From positions 27,066 to 91,065 of the forward strand of contig CAZELO010000003.1 of assembly GCA_964513245.1 (NCBI GenBank): DNA of 64,000 bases, written 5' to 3'. The translations under genes were made by a program, and so were the position numbers. Positions 18,301 to 28,749 of this stretch are shown here, one piece after another; the first letter of the stretch is position 1, and each line of letters opens with the position of its first letter. The notes beneath the pieces are model-generated. The model worked only from the letters and a program-made list of their open reading frames with translations, did no database searches and was not told the DNA's origin. Source of the DNA: an uncultured Candidatus Bathyarchaeia archaeon. GTDB taxonomy: Archaea; Thermoproteota; Bathyarchaeia; Bathyarchaeales; DTEX01.

Positions 18301-19293
18301 ATGAAAGAAGTTTCAGCGAAAGATGTTAAATCATTCGCCAAAGAACGGGGAGCCGATCTCGTAGGAATAGCATCTATCGACAGATTCGAGGGTGCACCCA
18401 AGGAACACCATCCCGCTTCCATCTTCCCGGACGCCAAGTCAGTCATAGTTCTAGGCTTTAGAATCCCAAGAGGGTGCTTCAGGGGCATAGAGGAAGGAAC
18501 ATTCTTCAATGCTTATCCAATCATGGGTTACTCGCACATAAATTTGGATTATGCCCCCAAAGTAATGCGTGAACTCATGGTTTTTCTGGAAGACAGAGGA
18601 TACGAAGCAGTTCCCGTGCATCCTTTCCACTCGCTTTTCTCCTCGATCCAACATGAAACAGGACAGATAAGAGAAGCATACAGTGTACCCGTTGCCCCAG
18701 ATAAGCCGGCGCCTGACGTGTTCATAAACTTCCGCATGGCAGCCGTCGCAGCAGGGCTCGGCGAGATAGGTTATAGCGGGCTGTTTCTTTCTCCACAATT
18801 TGGACCGAGACAGAGATTCGCGATAGTGATAACAGACGCTCCCTTAGAGCCCGATCCCTTGTTCGAAGGGAAGATCTGTGACAGGTGCATGAGTTGCGTC
18901 AGAGAATGTTCGGGAAAAGCTATAAGTGAAGACGAAGTCGTCAAGGTCAATATTGCAGGAAAAGAACAGGAATGGGGCAAACTAGACGTACTTCGTTGCT
19001 CTGTCGCATATGTCGGTGGAGTACCTGAAACTTCGCCGTTCCTGCCACCAGGGGTAGATTTTGAAACGCTTTTGAAGGAAGGCCTCATGGGCGGTGAAAA
19101 ACTTAGACAGATGCCCTTTTTCCAAGCTACACAGTACAGCTTTCATCACAACCCAGCTATCGAAGGCGCAAAGGGATGCATCAGAGCCTGCATGATTCAC
19201 CTAGAAGAAACGGGAAGGATCGAAGCGACGTTCAAGAACCCTTTCAGGAAAAGAAAGCCTTGGAAATTGCCAGAAAGAAAGAGCCCAACATAA
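18301..19293 (+). CDS. QueG/reductive-dehalogenase-like Fe-S (cobalamin-type) protein
   Basis: GADLVGIA, HP..IFPDAKSVIV, AAVAAGLGEIG.SG, PQFGPRQRF, TDAPLEPDP, CDRCMSCVREC and GCIRAC; GGAGG SD before ATG 18301. Confidence 0.8.
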   Translation: MKEVSAKDVKSFAKERGADLVGIASIDRFEGAPKEHHPASIFPDAKSVIVLGFRIPRGCFRGIEEGTFFNAYPIMGYSHINLDYAPKVMRELMVFLEDRGYEAVPVHPFHSLFSSIQHETGQIREAYSVPVAPDKPAPDVFINFRMAAVAAGLGEIGYSGLFLSPQFGPRQRFAIVITDAPLEPDPLFEGKICDRCMSCVRECSGKAISEDEVVKVNIAGKEQEWGKLDVLRCSVAYVGGVPETSPFLPPGVDFETLLKEGLMGGEKLRQMPFFQATQYSFHHNPAIEGAKGCIRACMIHLEETGRIEATFKNPFRKRKPWKLPERKSPT

Positions 19294-19398
19294 AAACTGA
19301 GAACGGTAAATCTTAGAACCCCAATTTTTCTTTTCACTATTTTTTGTTACGGTATGACGCTGGAAAGATTTTTCGCAAAAAAGCGCGTGAATTGGAAG

Positions 19399-20256
19399 TC
19401 ATTCAAAGGGTATTCTGAGCTGCATCATGAGTTTCTTGGCGGCTGCTACAGATGCTCTGGCGCCGTATTCCCTGTCTCGGATATGTGTTTCCAATGAAAT
19501 GAATTGATCATATCTTGTTTTTACCAACGCTGCAAGCACCTGAGGAATTCCTACGATTCCTTCTCCTAAGGGCACATAATCTTTTGACCTATCGTCTTCA
19601 ATGCTGAGGTCGCCGACTCTTAAGATACGCTTATGCTCGACACCGAGGCGAAAATCTTTCAGGTGCACATGCACGATGTATGGTTGGATCGCGTCAAAGC
19701 CTGTCGGGACAGCGTCTTCGCCTCTCGTCTTCGCGTTACAAGGGTCCCAGTTAGCCTTCAACGAGTCCATATTAACTTCTTTGATGACCGATGCTGCTGA
19801 GACCGCTGTATCAATTAGGCAGATGGGTTCATTTTCCAGCACCAAAACACAGCCAGAGTCTTCGGCTTTTCTTGCGGCAGAATTGAGAAGATTGACCAAT
19901 CTCATCCTATCCCAAGGCTTCGTTGGATCGCCAACAAAACCGAAGACGATGATCTTTGAGGTCTCCAGTTTCAGTGCAAGATCAATAGAATCAGGAAGAC
20001 GCTTGTCAAGGTGTTTTCTGATCATTTCCTCGCTTGTATGAGGAACCTTGAAGAGCCCCGGCGATAAAGCCGCTACTTCAAAGCCTGCACTTCGAATATC
20101 CGCTATCAATTTTTCGATTTGTCTCGGCTCACCATCTGGAAGCCTATCACCAAAGATTCCCCGCAGCTCGATATGCTTTAGGCCTAGACTTGCAATCAAC
20201 TTCAAGGCATTGAACGGGTTCAGATCAACCTCATCAGTGGGGATGCAGACCTTCAA
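19399..20256 (-). CDS. Sugar phosphate isomerase/epimerase (xylose-isomerase-like TIM barrel)
   Basis: TDE, IELRG, LENE, NWDPCN, HVHLKD, PLGEG and SLETH metal-binding motifs. Confidence 0.88.
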   Translation of the reverse strand: MKVCIPTDEVDLNPFNALKLIASLGLKHIELRGIFGDRLPDGEPRQIEKLIADIRSAGFEVAALSPGLFKVPHTSEEMIRKHLDKRLPDSIDLALKLETSKIIVFGFVGDPTKPWDRMRLVNLLNSAARKAEDSGCVLVLENEPICLIDTAVSAASVIKEVNMDSLKANWDPCNAKTRGEDAVPTGFDAIQPYIVHVHLKDFRLGVEHKRILRVGDLSIEDDRSKDYVPLGEGIVGIPQVLAALVKTRYDQFISLETHIRDREYGARASVAAAKKLMMQLRIPFE

Positions 20257-20477
20257 GACTCATTCACCGCACATGAGAAGGCTCTGTGTCCCTAAATATC
20301 TATTGCGATTTTTGTTCTGAACGATTTTTATTTAATTGACCTTGTGCAACTGTAGTTACCTAATTGTAAGTGTTATTTTTGAGACAACAACAACTTTCGA
20401 CAATTATTTTATAGTTGAAGCCATGTTCTTCGTATACTCTGAAGTGGCAGTGGACGCTGAGATATTCGAGCTCTTTC

Positions 20478-22019
20478 TCACTCGAACTCAAGTCCGAATA
20501 TCTTCGCCATCTCCATACGGAACCGCAGTATTATTCCACCATCATTCTCATGACAAAGATCGTCCTGTCCATTCCAAGTAAGCAAAGTTTTGTATTGGTC
20601 ACCGACAACAGGATCTGCATCACCAAAAGAACGATTAGGAAGTGTCTTTCCACTCGTATCTGCAACTTCCACGAGTATACTTCCTGCCCGTTGGGTTAAG
20701 GCATTAATACGAATTTTACGACCTAGAATGACTATTGCTACTGTTGCAAACTCTCCACGTTCGGGTGCTTCAATAGCCACCAGTCGTCCCTTGGGCCAAA
20801 CTAAACACCGCCATCCGGGCACACTTGATGGCCATCCCGTCTCGGATTTGCCCACACTACCCCGCGGATACTTATGTGGAGCTGGTGAAGCGCGGTATGG
20901 AAGCACCCAACTGCCATCTGGGAGCTCAACAAGGTTTCCTTCAGCGAAGAGGCAACCGCCGTCCCATTGCCCGAAGGGTGCAGTCTTCGCTACCGCCAAT
21001 CCTGAGGGAGTCCTTAGGAAATGCCATAATCTACCATCGTGACTTGATGCCAGATGGATACTAGTAGTATCATCTGAAGTGTGCCAGACAGTAGGAAACA
21101 TCAGATGGTGGTCAGGCGCACCAGGAACTGTAGTCTTACAGTTGGTATAAAACACATCTGAAGGCAACATATCAGGACCTGGCTCAATTATGATTTCTGA
21201 GAGAGGAAAAATGCTGAAATCTCTACTTTCTGATCGGCCAATGGAACGTCGGCCGATACGCATCCAGCTCAGCCCACGGTCGTCCGGTGCGCGCTCTGAT
21301 CGTGGACCGACCATCCAATTTCTAGTGTAAAGGACATATTTGTGTAATCTTTCATCGTAGTAAGCTGTTGCGACTGTATCACAATGCTCTACTACGAGTG
21401 GTTCAGGGAGCATCGTCCAATGGATACCATCAGGAGAAACAGCGCCCCTGACTGCTAGGATCAGGTTGACATCGACTCGATCGGCTCTGGGTTCCCAGTT
21501 CTCAGGTCTACGTTTACGGTATTCTTCGAATTCTTCGCGGCTAGTTTCCCCAAATTCATCTGTGCCGACCCACTTGTATCTCTCGGAAGGCGGCGCCGAG
21601 GGATCTATGAAAACGGTTCCATGGCCGAACATCCTCGCTAATTTTGGAGGATTGAATTCCATGGGTTCCTCTCTTTCCCACGCTATGCCGTCCTTTGATT
21701 CGGTGTAAAGTTTTTCTGTCCAAGCTCGGTAGGTCTTACCATCTTGTATGACTTGACCTAGGTTTTTGGACAGTACTGTTCGCCGCTCGGCAGGTTGTGC
21801 TACTAGGCGAACGCCATGAGGCCAATCTGTGTGCCGAATGCTCGCTTCCCATGGACCCCCAGATCCGTACACTGTTACGTTCTTGCCGCTTTTGTTGTAC
21901 CAGCCAAAACTGCCAGGTCGCACGTAATACCAGTTAGTGAATACGATACGTTTACCCGCCAATTCGTAGGGTTCGCCGGATTTTTTGCCGGTCTCTAGAA
22001 AATACGCCATTTCATCCAC
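20478..22019 (-). CDS. Five-bladed beta-propeller glycosidase-like protein (subtype B)
   Basis: Asp-box-like ESKDGI.W, SPDGIHW and SHDGRLW; VFIDP.APP.ERYK; C-terminal beta-sandwich ending LRF.M..AKIF. Paralogue of 58661-60178. Confidence 0.7.
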   Translation of the reverse strand: MDEMAYFLETGKKSGEPYELAGKRIVFTNWYYVRPGSFGWYNKSGKNVTVYGSGGPWEASIRHTDWPHGVRLVAQPAERRTVLSKNLGQVIQDGKTYRAWTEKLYTESKDGIAWEREEPMEFNPPKLARMFGHGTVFIDPSAPPSERYKWVGTDEFGETSREEFEEYRKRRPENWEPRADRVDVNLILAVRGAVSPDGIHWTMLPEPLVVEHCDTVATAYYDERLHKYVLYTRNWMVGPRSERAPDDRGLSWMRIGRRSIGRSESRDFSIFPLSEIIIEPGPDMLPSDVFYTNCKTTVPGAPDHHLMFPTVWHTSDDTTSIHLASSHDGRLWHFLRTPSGLAVAKTAPFGQWDGGCLFAEGNLVELPDGSWVLPYRASPAPHKYPRGSVGKSETGWPSSVPGWRCLVWPKGRLVAIEAPERGEFATVAIVILGRKIRINALTQRAGSILVEVADTSGKTLPNRSFGDADPVVGDQYKTLLTWNGQDDLCHENDGGIILRFRMEMAKIFGLEFE

Positions 22020-22235
22020 CTTTGAACTAAAGTTTCTTCATGCCAAGCGTAAATTGATTAGTTTCACCCATGTTGTCTGCACCTACCGAGACGGAAATAG
22101 TCATAGAGATTGAAATCTACATGTTTTAAGGAATGGAACCGTGAATATGGTAGTTGATTTTGATTTCACAGAGAAAGTATTGTTTCTTCATGTTTGCATT
22201 TCGGATTAGGGTCAGCCTTTTGTTGTTTCCTTAGC

Positions 22236-23747
22236 CTAGGTTGTGCTCTCATCGTGTCTTTTGAATTCTGGGCTTTCCATTAGCGCGGTTGCCAAGATGT
22301 TGCAGCGGTGGAAATCAGAGACCCAAAAACTGTATGTTGAGCGCCACAGGTTCTGGTAGTACCAAGTTAAGACTTCTGACTCCCCTAACTGCTCTTTTAT
22401 CTCGTCAAGAATCTCATGCATGTTGCCGTTGGCCCACTGTAAGTGCCTTGTGGGGATCCATTGGAGGTAGCCGGTGATGGCTCCGTTCGTCCGTGCGAGG
22501 AAATCAAGAGCTACACGAATAGAGTCGCCTAAGTATTCAGCTAAAGATTCGTCACCAACACCGATAGCTATACGCCGCGAGGCTAACAGACCGCAGAGGG
22601 CATTCTGCGTGCCATATCCTATGTGACATTTGCCCTCTCCATAACAGCCCTCATCGTACCATCCGTGCGCTTTCAGTGTTTGTTCGGCAATTCGACGCGC
22701 AAAATCGAGTGTAGTATCAACGTGAGCCTGATTGAAGCTTCCTTTTGCAGCCTTCTCGGTAAGGCAGTAGTATGCTAATCCCGTTAAGATACGGCCATCG
22801 TACACTTTGCATTTGCTCCCTCCGCAACCTAGCGGGTTAGGTTGTGAGAAATGGTAGCGCACCATGGGCTCCATGCGCTGAAACAGTTCATCTGCATATT
22901 TGCCCTCTCCCGCCACATCGCGGAAGTACAGGTATGACTGAGAGAGGAGTTTAAGGCAGAACGCATCTTGTTGCCGAATGTGATATATCCATTGCCACTC
23001 GTTGTCTTGCATCTTCATTCCGTGCAGCATGCCGTCTTCGGCCATCATGACTCCCAGAATGGTCTCTAGTGTGCGCTTGAGAACCGTCTCGCTGAAACGG
23101 GCGCGGTCCATCTCACCTGTCTTACGGAACACTTCTGCAGCACGTAAGAAAGCCATTCCTCCATCGTGCTGTAATTCGGGATGAAGTTCCACGACAGGTT
23201 TGGCGTCATCCATGTATCTTTGTCGGCATTCTGGGTCAAAGGGGTCACCTGAAGATGGAAGACGGGGTATACTCCGCCAGTGAACCTTCAGCAGCGGGTC
23301 CCACGCGTAAGCGACGCGTCCTATGAAGAACGAACCGAGTACATGGTCAGCTGATTCGCCCTCGCGAGCCACATAGATCTCACATGAGCCCGGGTAACCC
23401 GAAACTACATGCCCTTCCCGCACCAAGTCTACACGCACATGATACAATGACGGCGGAAGGCTGACATCCCTACTTGTAATACTCAGTCTTATGCACGTTT
23501 TGTTCGCCTCAGAGGAAGACTCCAGAGGAAGCTCGCAGGAGGAGACTCCGCCCGTGAAGACATCTCGGAAGGTAAATCGGCTATGGGTGGGCTTACCCAT
23601 TTCTGGCACATCTGTCCATTGCACTTCAAAAAGCATGGAGAATCTCCCTTCGGGCACACAACAGAAGTTCATAGGTGTTGTGGCTCCAACTGTAGCCGCT
23701 ACAACCGGCTTGCTACAATGGCATGATGAATCCATTTGAATCACCAC
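22236..23747 (-). CDS. Hypothetical protein, possible alpha/alpha-toroid carbohydrate-active enzyme
   Basis: 503-aa open frame, helical C-terminal half rich in aromatic residues; the fold is inference. Confidence 0.5.
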   Translation of the reverse strand: MVIQMDSSCHCSKPVVAATVGATTPMNFCCVPEGRFSMLFEVQWTDVPEMGKPTHSRFTFRDVFTGGVSSCELPLESSSEANKTCIRLSITSRDVSLPPSLYHVRVDLVREGHVVSGYPGSCEIYVAREGESADHVLGSFFIGRVAYAWDPLLKVHWRSIPRLPSSGDPFDPECRQRYMDDAKPVVELHPELQHDGGMAFLRAAEVFRKTGEMDRARFSETVLKRTLETILGVMMAEDGMLHGMKMQDNEWQWIYHIRQQDAFCLKLLSQSYLYFRDVAGEGKYADELFQRMEPMVRYHFSQPNPLGCGGSKCKVYDGRILTGLAYYCLTEKAAKGSFNQAHVDTTLDFARRIAEQTLKAHGWYDEGCYGEGKCHIGYGTQNALCGLLASRRIAIGVGDESLAEYLGDSIRVALDFLARTNGAITGYLQWIPTRHLQWANGNMHEILDEIKEQLGESEVLTWYYQNLWRSTYSFWVSDFHRCNILATALMESPEFKRHDESTT

Positions 23748-24088
23748 CTACAGTATGCATCAAATTCTACTCCTGTACTTAAATACTTTGAATCTATTGT
23801 GCATTCAGCTTCCGTCGTTGTTGACTAACAAGGTATGTGGTAATGTTGCGGCGGTCACAGGTGTCTGAGAGGAGATCTTGCACGGTGACGGGTTCATCTT
23901 CTAGACCAGATTCATCGGATTCCTAGAAGACAACGAAACGAACGATAAGAGAAAAATTATCTTAACAATATCATTCTCGCTTGCTCCTAAAGGTTTTTAT
24001 ATGGCAACTGGCGAATACTAGAACTTGATTGAAAAAGTGCGAAATCATTGCCGAACTGTAAACAATTGTTGAAGATGAGGGAAATGAT

Positions 24089-25567
24089 ATGGCACCTATT
24101 GATGCGAGTTTCTGGAGACAACTTTTCGTAGACGACTACATAATCGAAGACATGAAGCATGTTTCTAAGAGACTGAATAAGGTTAAGAAGCATCCGGATA
24201 ACCCTCTGCTCAAACCTGAACTACCATGGGAAAAAAGTAACAGTATCACTATCGCAGGGGTACTTTACGACGAAGAAAACCTCTTTCGAATATGGTACCA
24301 CGCAGCAGGGCACACATGCTATGCAACCTCGAAAGACGGACTAAAATGGAACAGGCCTAACCTAGGCCTAGAAGAATTTGAAGGCTCCAAAGAGAATAAC
24401 ATTACGACGGGGTGGGGAACACTTAGTCCTGAGGGCATCATTTACTCGCCGGAAATGGAGGGCATCGAACCTGCGGACAGCTGCTATAAGACGCTTTGCC
24501 ATATTAAAGGAGGCAAGTCAGCCTGTTTCTCCAAGGACGGCTTCACATGGAAACCTTACGAGAATAATCCTGTAATTACTGGTGTTAGTGACGTCAACAA
24601 TTTCTGCAAGACCGTGGAATATACGCCCAAAGGCTTCTATTTTAAGGATATCCGAGGCATTCCTCCAAAATACATCACTTTTCCCAAGATTATGGTCAAG
24701 ATAGGTGCATTCGCAAGACGTTGCGTATCCTTCTGCCGCAGCGACAAAGTCTACCCACATCCTTTCACCGAGTGGTCAAAGCCGATTTTGGTCTTGGCTC
24801 CAGACCGGAAAGACGATGAAACGACCGAGAGAAAGTTGGCTGAAGCAAAAGACATTATACAGTATGATTGTCCAGATGACTATAGGGCTGATTTCTATGG
24901 GATGCATCCTCTCAGTTATGAAGGCATCTACCTTGGGCTGCTTGAAGTCTTCTACATGTCAATGGATATGGAAAGGATAGGCCGCCTGAATCAGGATGGC
25001 ATCAATGAAGTCCAACTGGTTTCAAGCCGAGACTTGATCCACTGGGAACGCGCATGTAACAGGGAACCAATCCTATCGCGAGGAGAAAAGGGAGAGTGGG
25101 ACTGCGGATGGATAAATCCTCGCATGCCGATTATTGTGGGCGACGAAATATGGATATACTATAATGGAAGCAATAGTTCACATCATTTGCCATCGCCTTG
25201 GACAGAGCCAAAGAAACATCAGGTGTTTGGTGGGCTAGCAACCCTGCGCCTTGATGGATTCGTTTCCATAGACGCTGAGGAAAAAGAAGGTGAACTCACC
25301 ACTAAACTTCTAACTTTCCAAGGGAACAGACTGAACATAAATGCTCAGGCCAAAGAAGGCTCCGTCATGGTTGAGATTCTCAAAGAAAACGGAAGAACAG
25401 TAAAGGGCTTCGATCTATCCGACTGCGACAAATTCTCAGGTGACAGCGTAAGACACACGGTCACATGGAAAGGCAACGCAGATGTGTCTTCGCTTCAAGG
25501 AATGCCTGTGAAGTTACGTTTCTACTTGAAGAAGGCTAAGCTCTACTCGTTCCACTTCCAGAACTAA
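24089..25567 (+). CDS. Five-bladed beta-propeller glycosidase-like protein (subtype A)
   Basis: RQLFVDD, KHPDNP, ATSKDGL.W.RP.LG, SRDL.HW.R, WD.G, GDEIWIYY.G, LRLDGFVS, LRFYL..AKLYSF. Confidence 0.75.
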   Translation: MAPIDASFWRQLFVDDYIIEDMKHVSKRLNKVKKHPDNPLLKPELPWEKSNSITIAGVLYDEENLFRIWYHAAGHTCYATSKDGLKWNRPNLGLEEFEGSKENNITTGWGTLSPEGIIYSPEMEGIEPADSCYKTLCHIKGGKSACFSKDGFTWKPYENNPVITGVSDVNNFCKTVEYTPKGFYFKDIRGIPPKYITFPKIMVKIGAFARRCVSFCRSDKVYPHPFTEWSKPILVLAPDRKDDETTERKLAEAKDIIQYDCPDDYRADFYGMHPLSYEGIYLGLLEVFYMSMDMERIGRLNQDGINEVQLVSSRDLIHWERACNREPILSRGEKGEWDCGWINPRMPIIVGDEIWIYYNGSNSSHHLPSPWTEPKKHQVFGGLATLRLDGFVSIDAEEKEGELTTKLLTFQGNRLNINAQAKEGSVMVEILKENGRTVKGFDLSDCDKFSGDSVRHTVTWKGNADVSSLQGMPVKLRFYLKKAKLYSFHFQN

Positions 25568-25698
25568 ACATAACCGCGAACCTCGTCTCCAGAAAGTACA
25601 AACTCAGGATAACTTTCGCGCAAATTATGAAGAAATAGCAGAGCATCTTTTGGCTCACATTCTAGATAGAAACCAACTGTGCGTTTTTCAAGTCAACT

Positions 25699-27261
25699 TC
25701 AGTCGTCACTGACACGGAAGGCGTAGATGCGGGCGTCGCGCATGAGGAAATGTATCTTGAAGTAGTCTTTCTGGCGAACCCTCGTGTTTCCCTTCCATGA
25801 GAAGATGTGGTTTGTGCTGTCTCCGGTGAATGTGTCGCATTCATCCCAAGTATACCCCGAAAGTGCTTCACCTGACAGGTTAGCTATCTCGGCCTTGACA
25901 TAGCCCCCTTCTTTGCATTCAACGTTTACAATTAGCTTCTCGCCGTCGGAACGTATGGGTCTAGTCACGATTACGCCTTCTCGGGCATGCCCGGCATCTA
26001 AAGAGATGAACCCGTCAACCCTCATCTTAGCTAGGCCTAAGGCGTATCCCACTTTGGATCTATCTCGAGCCTCCGGCGCATCAAGCCCTTCTATTTCTCC
26101 TGTGAGCCACCAATCGTGATGGTTTTTGGCACCACCGTAGTATACCCAGAGCTCGTCGCCTACTGTAAACGGCGCATTTGGAATGTTAACCATATATTGA
26201 TCCCAGCTTCCAGGCGGTCCGGTGCGCAGCCAAGTCTGGCGTTGCCCAGCTCGTTGCCAGTTCTTTCCGTCACGGCTGTATACGAGCTGTACATCTAGCG
26301 TGTTGTCGGTGTAATGGAAGACATTTAAAAAGCCTAGACGGATGTCTGATTTTTCTATGGGGAACTGGATCAATCCGTAGAAGGTATCGTCAAGATTGTC
26401 CTCCTCGTCGGGACAGAGAATTATGCGTGGCGGCGACCAATGAAGGAAGTCGCTGCTTTCAATCTGCCATACGCGGCGTTTGTTCTGTTTAGCGAAGTCA
26501 TACGGGTAGTAAGGTGGACAGGCGCTACGAGTTTTTGGAGTCCTAGGTTCTGCGGGAGGAAAAATCGCGTAGTGCCTTACACTTGCCACGTAAGTTCTAC
26601 TGAAAGCATCGCAGCTCATTATAATAACGTCATTAAGACGGGGCCCGAGTCCCCCGAAATCAGGCAGCTCCTCGTATGTCGTCCAGTGAATCCCATCCGC
26701 TGAATAGGCGGCTTCAACCCTTGCCCCTTCCCAGAAGCCTTTTCCCGGCGCAAGGTGCATGTAAAGGGTTTTGAAGCGTTTTTCCTTGTCATCTTCGAGG
26801 GGGTCGTCTATAACTGAAGTAGCCCAGACGCTTCCGAACTGATCGTCTCCAAGAACAATATTGGTTTCGCATCCGTTCTCTTTCACCAACCCAAGTGCTG
26901 GCTTTGTCCAGTTTATTCCGTCCTTCGAATGGGCGTAGAGCACCCTGAGCCCTGAAACGTCAAAATCAGATTTCTTTGTTTTTTCGAGGTCATAGTCCCA
27001 GTCTGTGTACCAGCATTTAAACAGTCCATCCTTTTTGTCACGGAAGACGTCCCATGTGTTGCAGGAGAAATACGTGACATGTTCCCAAGGCTTGTCAGCC
27101 ACGATAAGCGGATTCTGCTCGAATTTCTTCGGTCTATGCATCACTCTCTTGACATCCTGCGCTGATTCGATAACTACGTTGTCAAAGAACAACTGTTTCT
27201 TATTACCAACCCAGAGCATCGAACTGTCAAGCAAGAACAATCCTTCCTCTACATTTCTCAA
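25699..27261 (-). CDS. Five-bladed beta-propeller glycosidase-like protein (subtype A)
   Basis: KQLFFD, HSKDGINWTKPALG, SADGIHW, SRDGKNW, GDELWVYYGG, MRVDGFIS. Confidence 0.75.
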   Translation of the reverse strand: MRNVEEGLFLLDSSMLWVGNKKQLFFDNVVIESAQDVKRVMHRPKKFEQNPLIVADKPWEHVTYFSCNTWDVFRDKKDGLFKCWYTDWDYDLEKTKKSDFDVSGLRVLYAHSKDGINWTKPALGLVKENGCETNIVLGDDQFGSVWATSVIDDPLEDDKEKRFKTLYMHLAPGKGFWEGARVEAAYSADGIHWTTYEELPDFGGLGPRLNDVIIMSCDAFSRTYVASVRHYAIFPPAEPRTPKTRSACPPYYPYDFAKQNKRRVWQIESSDFLHWSPPRIILCPDEEDNLDDTFYGLIQFPIEKSDIRLGFLNVFHYTDNTLDVQLVYSRDGKNWQRAGQRQTWLRTGPPGSWDQYMVNIPNAPFTVGDELWVYYGGAKNHHDWWLTGEIEGLDAPEARDRSKVGYALGLAKMRVDGFISLDAGHAREGVIVTRPIRSDGEKLIVNVECKEGGYVKAEIANLSGEALSGYTWDECDTFTGDSTNHIFSWKGNTRVRQKDYFKIHFLMRDARIYAFRVSDD

Positions 27262-27397
27262 ACCTACTCGATCGATGCTTTACATATATAGGTTTTTCTT
27301 CGTGTTTTAGGTTGCTCGGAAACATTTTCCATGCACAACTCGTATGCGAAGTACAGGTATCCTGATGGAGCAGTGGAACATTTTAATTCTCACGTAT

Positions 27398-28528
27398 TCA
27401 TTTTCCCGTTCCGTATTTGGCAGCATGTCTATACATGGCAAAGATGTTCTCAATCGGTGTGTCTGGTTGCGCTATGTTAGCGGTCATCAGAACAAAGCCG
27501 CCTCTTCCCTCAGCCAGATCTATACATCTTTCAACATCGCGTTTCACATCCTCTACCGTTCCAAAAGGCAGGGTTGTTGTAACTGAGATGCTGCCGAATA
27601 CGATCAGGGGTTCGCCCGACTTTGCCTTCATAGCCATGATCTTCGGGAAGTTCACTCCGGTTTCTTCTTGGAAGCCCTGAAAGCCGTCAACCCCCAAGTC
27701 GAGAAGAGAGTCAAAGATAGGTGTGACATTTCCATCGCAGTGCCAAATGGTTTTTATCCCTTTCCTTTGCAGGGGTTCGATGGCTCTTTTCACGTATGGA
27801 AAGTAGATTTCGTCCAAGAGTTTTGGTGGAACCATGGGGCCATGATTCCCGCATATGTCTGAACCGAGCATCACACATGGAGAATCCAAATTTTCCTCAA
27901 CCATCGCCGCGGCCATTACATCGTTATGCAGTCGAGCCAACTCCCCGAAATGTTCAAAGTATCTCGCCATGGAACCCGTATGGCGGATTAGGGCTAATAG
28001 ATAGTTCTTGTAGCCAAATCGGTCTAATCCCGAATGGAAGCCGATGGGGTCTGCTTGGGGCATCCATAGCATGTCGTCTCCCAACTCGTCTTGCGCTTCT
28101 TTTGCTATACGGGTGAACTCTTCGTATTCTTTCTCGAACTCGAAGCTCTCTCTAAGGTCGTTGGGGGAGGAAAGGTTCTGAACGTACTTGGTTACAACGT
28201 CTTCAGGCGATCTGAAAGTCAGGTCCGGGCTTATGTTTAATCCTCGAATCTTCGAACAGCCGCTCTCAGTCACCTCATCTGCCTTCTCGGGCAATACTAT
28301 GTCGTATGGTATTATGTCGGCGCCTACGTTCTTGTACGCTTGTACGACTGCCCTGAGAGGATTCTCCCATTCATTCATTCTGAACTTGTACTTCAGCGAA
28401 ATCCCGCTAGCTTTCTCCAAGAAACCTGCATGTTTGATCCATCCACCAGCTATCGGGATTCGGTCTGCCGCCTCAAAGTTTAGAGCCCTAATAGTCCTTT
28501 CTTTCCCCTTCAATCTTGATCTCACCAA
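27398..28528 (-). CDS. URO-D/MtaA-CmuA-like TIM-barrel protein
   Basis: DRIP, GSDICG..GPM, WHCDGN, LPFGTVEDV, GGFVL, PIENI.AM. Confidence 0.82.
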   Translation of the reverse strand: MVRSRLKGKERTIRALNFEAADRIPIAGGWIKHAGFLEKASGISLKYKFRMNEWENPLRAVVQAYKNVGADIIPYDIVLPEKADEVTESGCSKIRGLNISPDLTFRSPEDVVTKYVQNLSSPNDLRESFEFEKEYEEFTRIAKEAQDELGDDMLWMPQADPIGFHSGLDRFGYKNYLLALIRHTGSMARYFEHFGELARLHNDVMAAAMVEENLDSPCVMLGSDICGNHGPMVPPKLLDEIYFPYVKRAIEPLQRKGIKTIWHCDGNVTPIFDSLLDLGVDGFQGFQEETGVNFPKIMAMKAKSGEPLIVFGSISVTTTLPFGTVEDVKRDVERCIDLAEGRGGFVLMTANIAQPDTPIENIFAMYRHAAKYGTGK

Positions 28529-28749
28529 ACCAACTGTATCATTATCTCTCTTGATAAAAGATTTTTGCGCCCGCCCAACACAAGGTCAGCCACGTGACCA
28601 CACTTGCGATCCAAGCAGGCAGTTTGAGCCGAACATCGCCTCACATAGTACGGAACGAACCGGCGCAGAAAAGAAATGAGTGATGGTGCGGCTTATACAT
28701 CAATAACAGCCATTTCTTTGGGACCGAAATACGTTTGGTGTTGTCTTAT

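Noticed and set aside
18301-19293. Calling this gene queG or a respiratory reductive dehalogenase
   Set aside because: No Tat signal or membrane-anchor partner, no queuosine genes, and an incomplete second Fe-S motif; only a family-level call is supported.
22200-22238. Stop-codon read-through (pyrrolysine/selenocysteine)
   Set aside because: The frame after this TAG closes within a few codons; the major genes look complete and no pyl/sel genes are present in the window.
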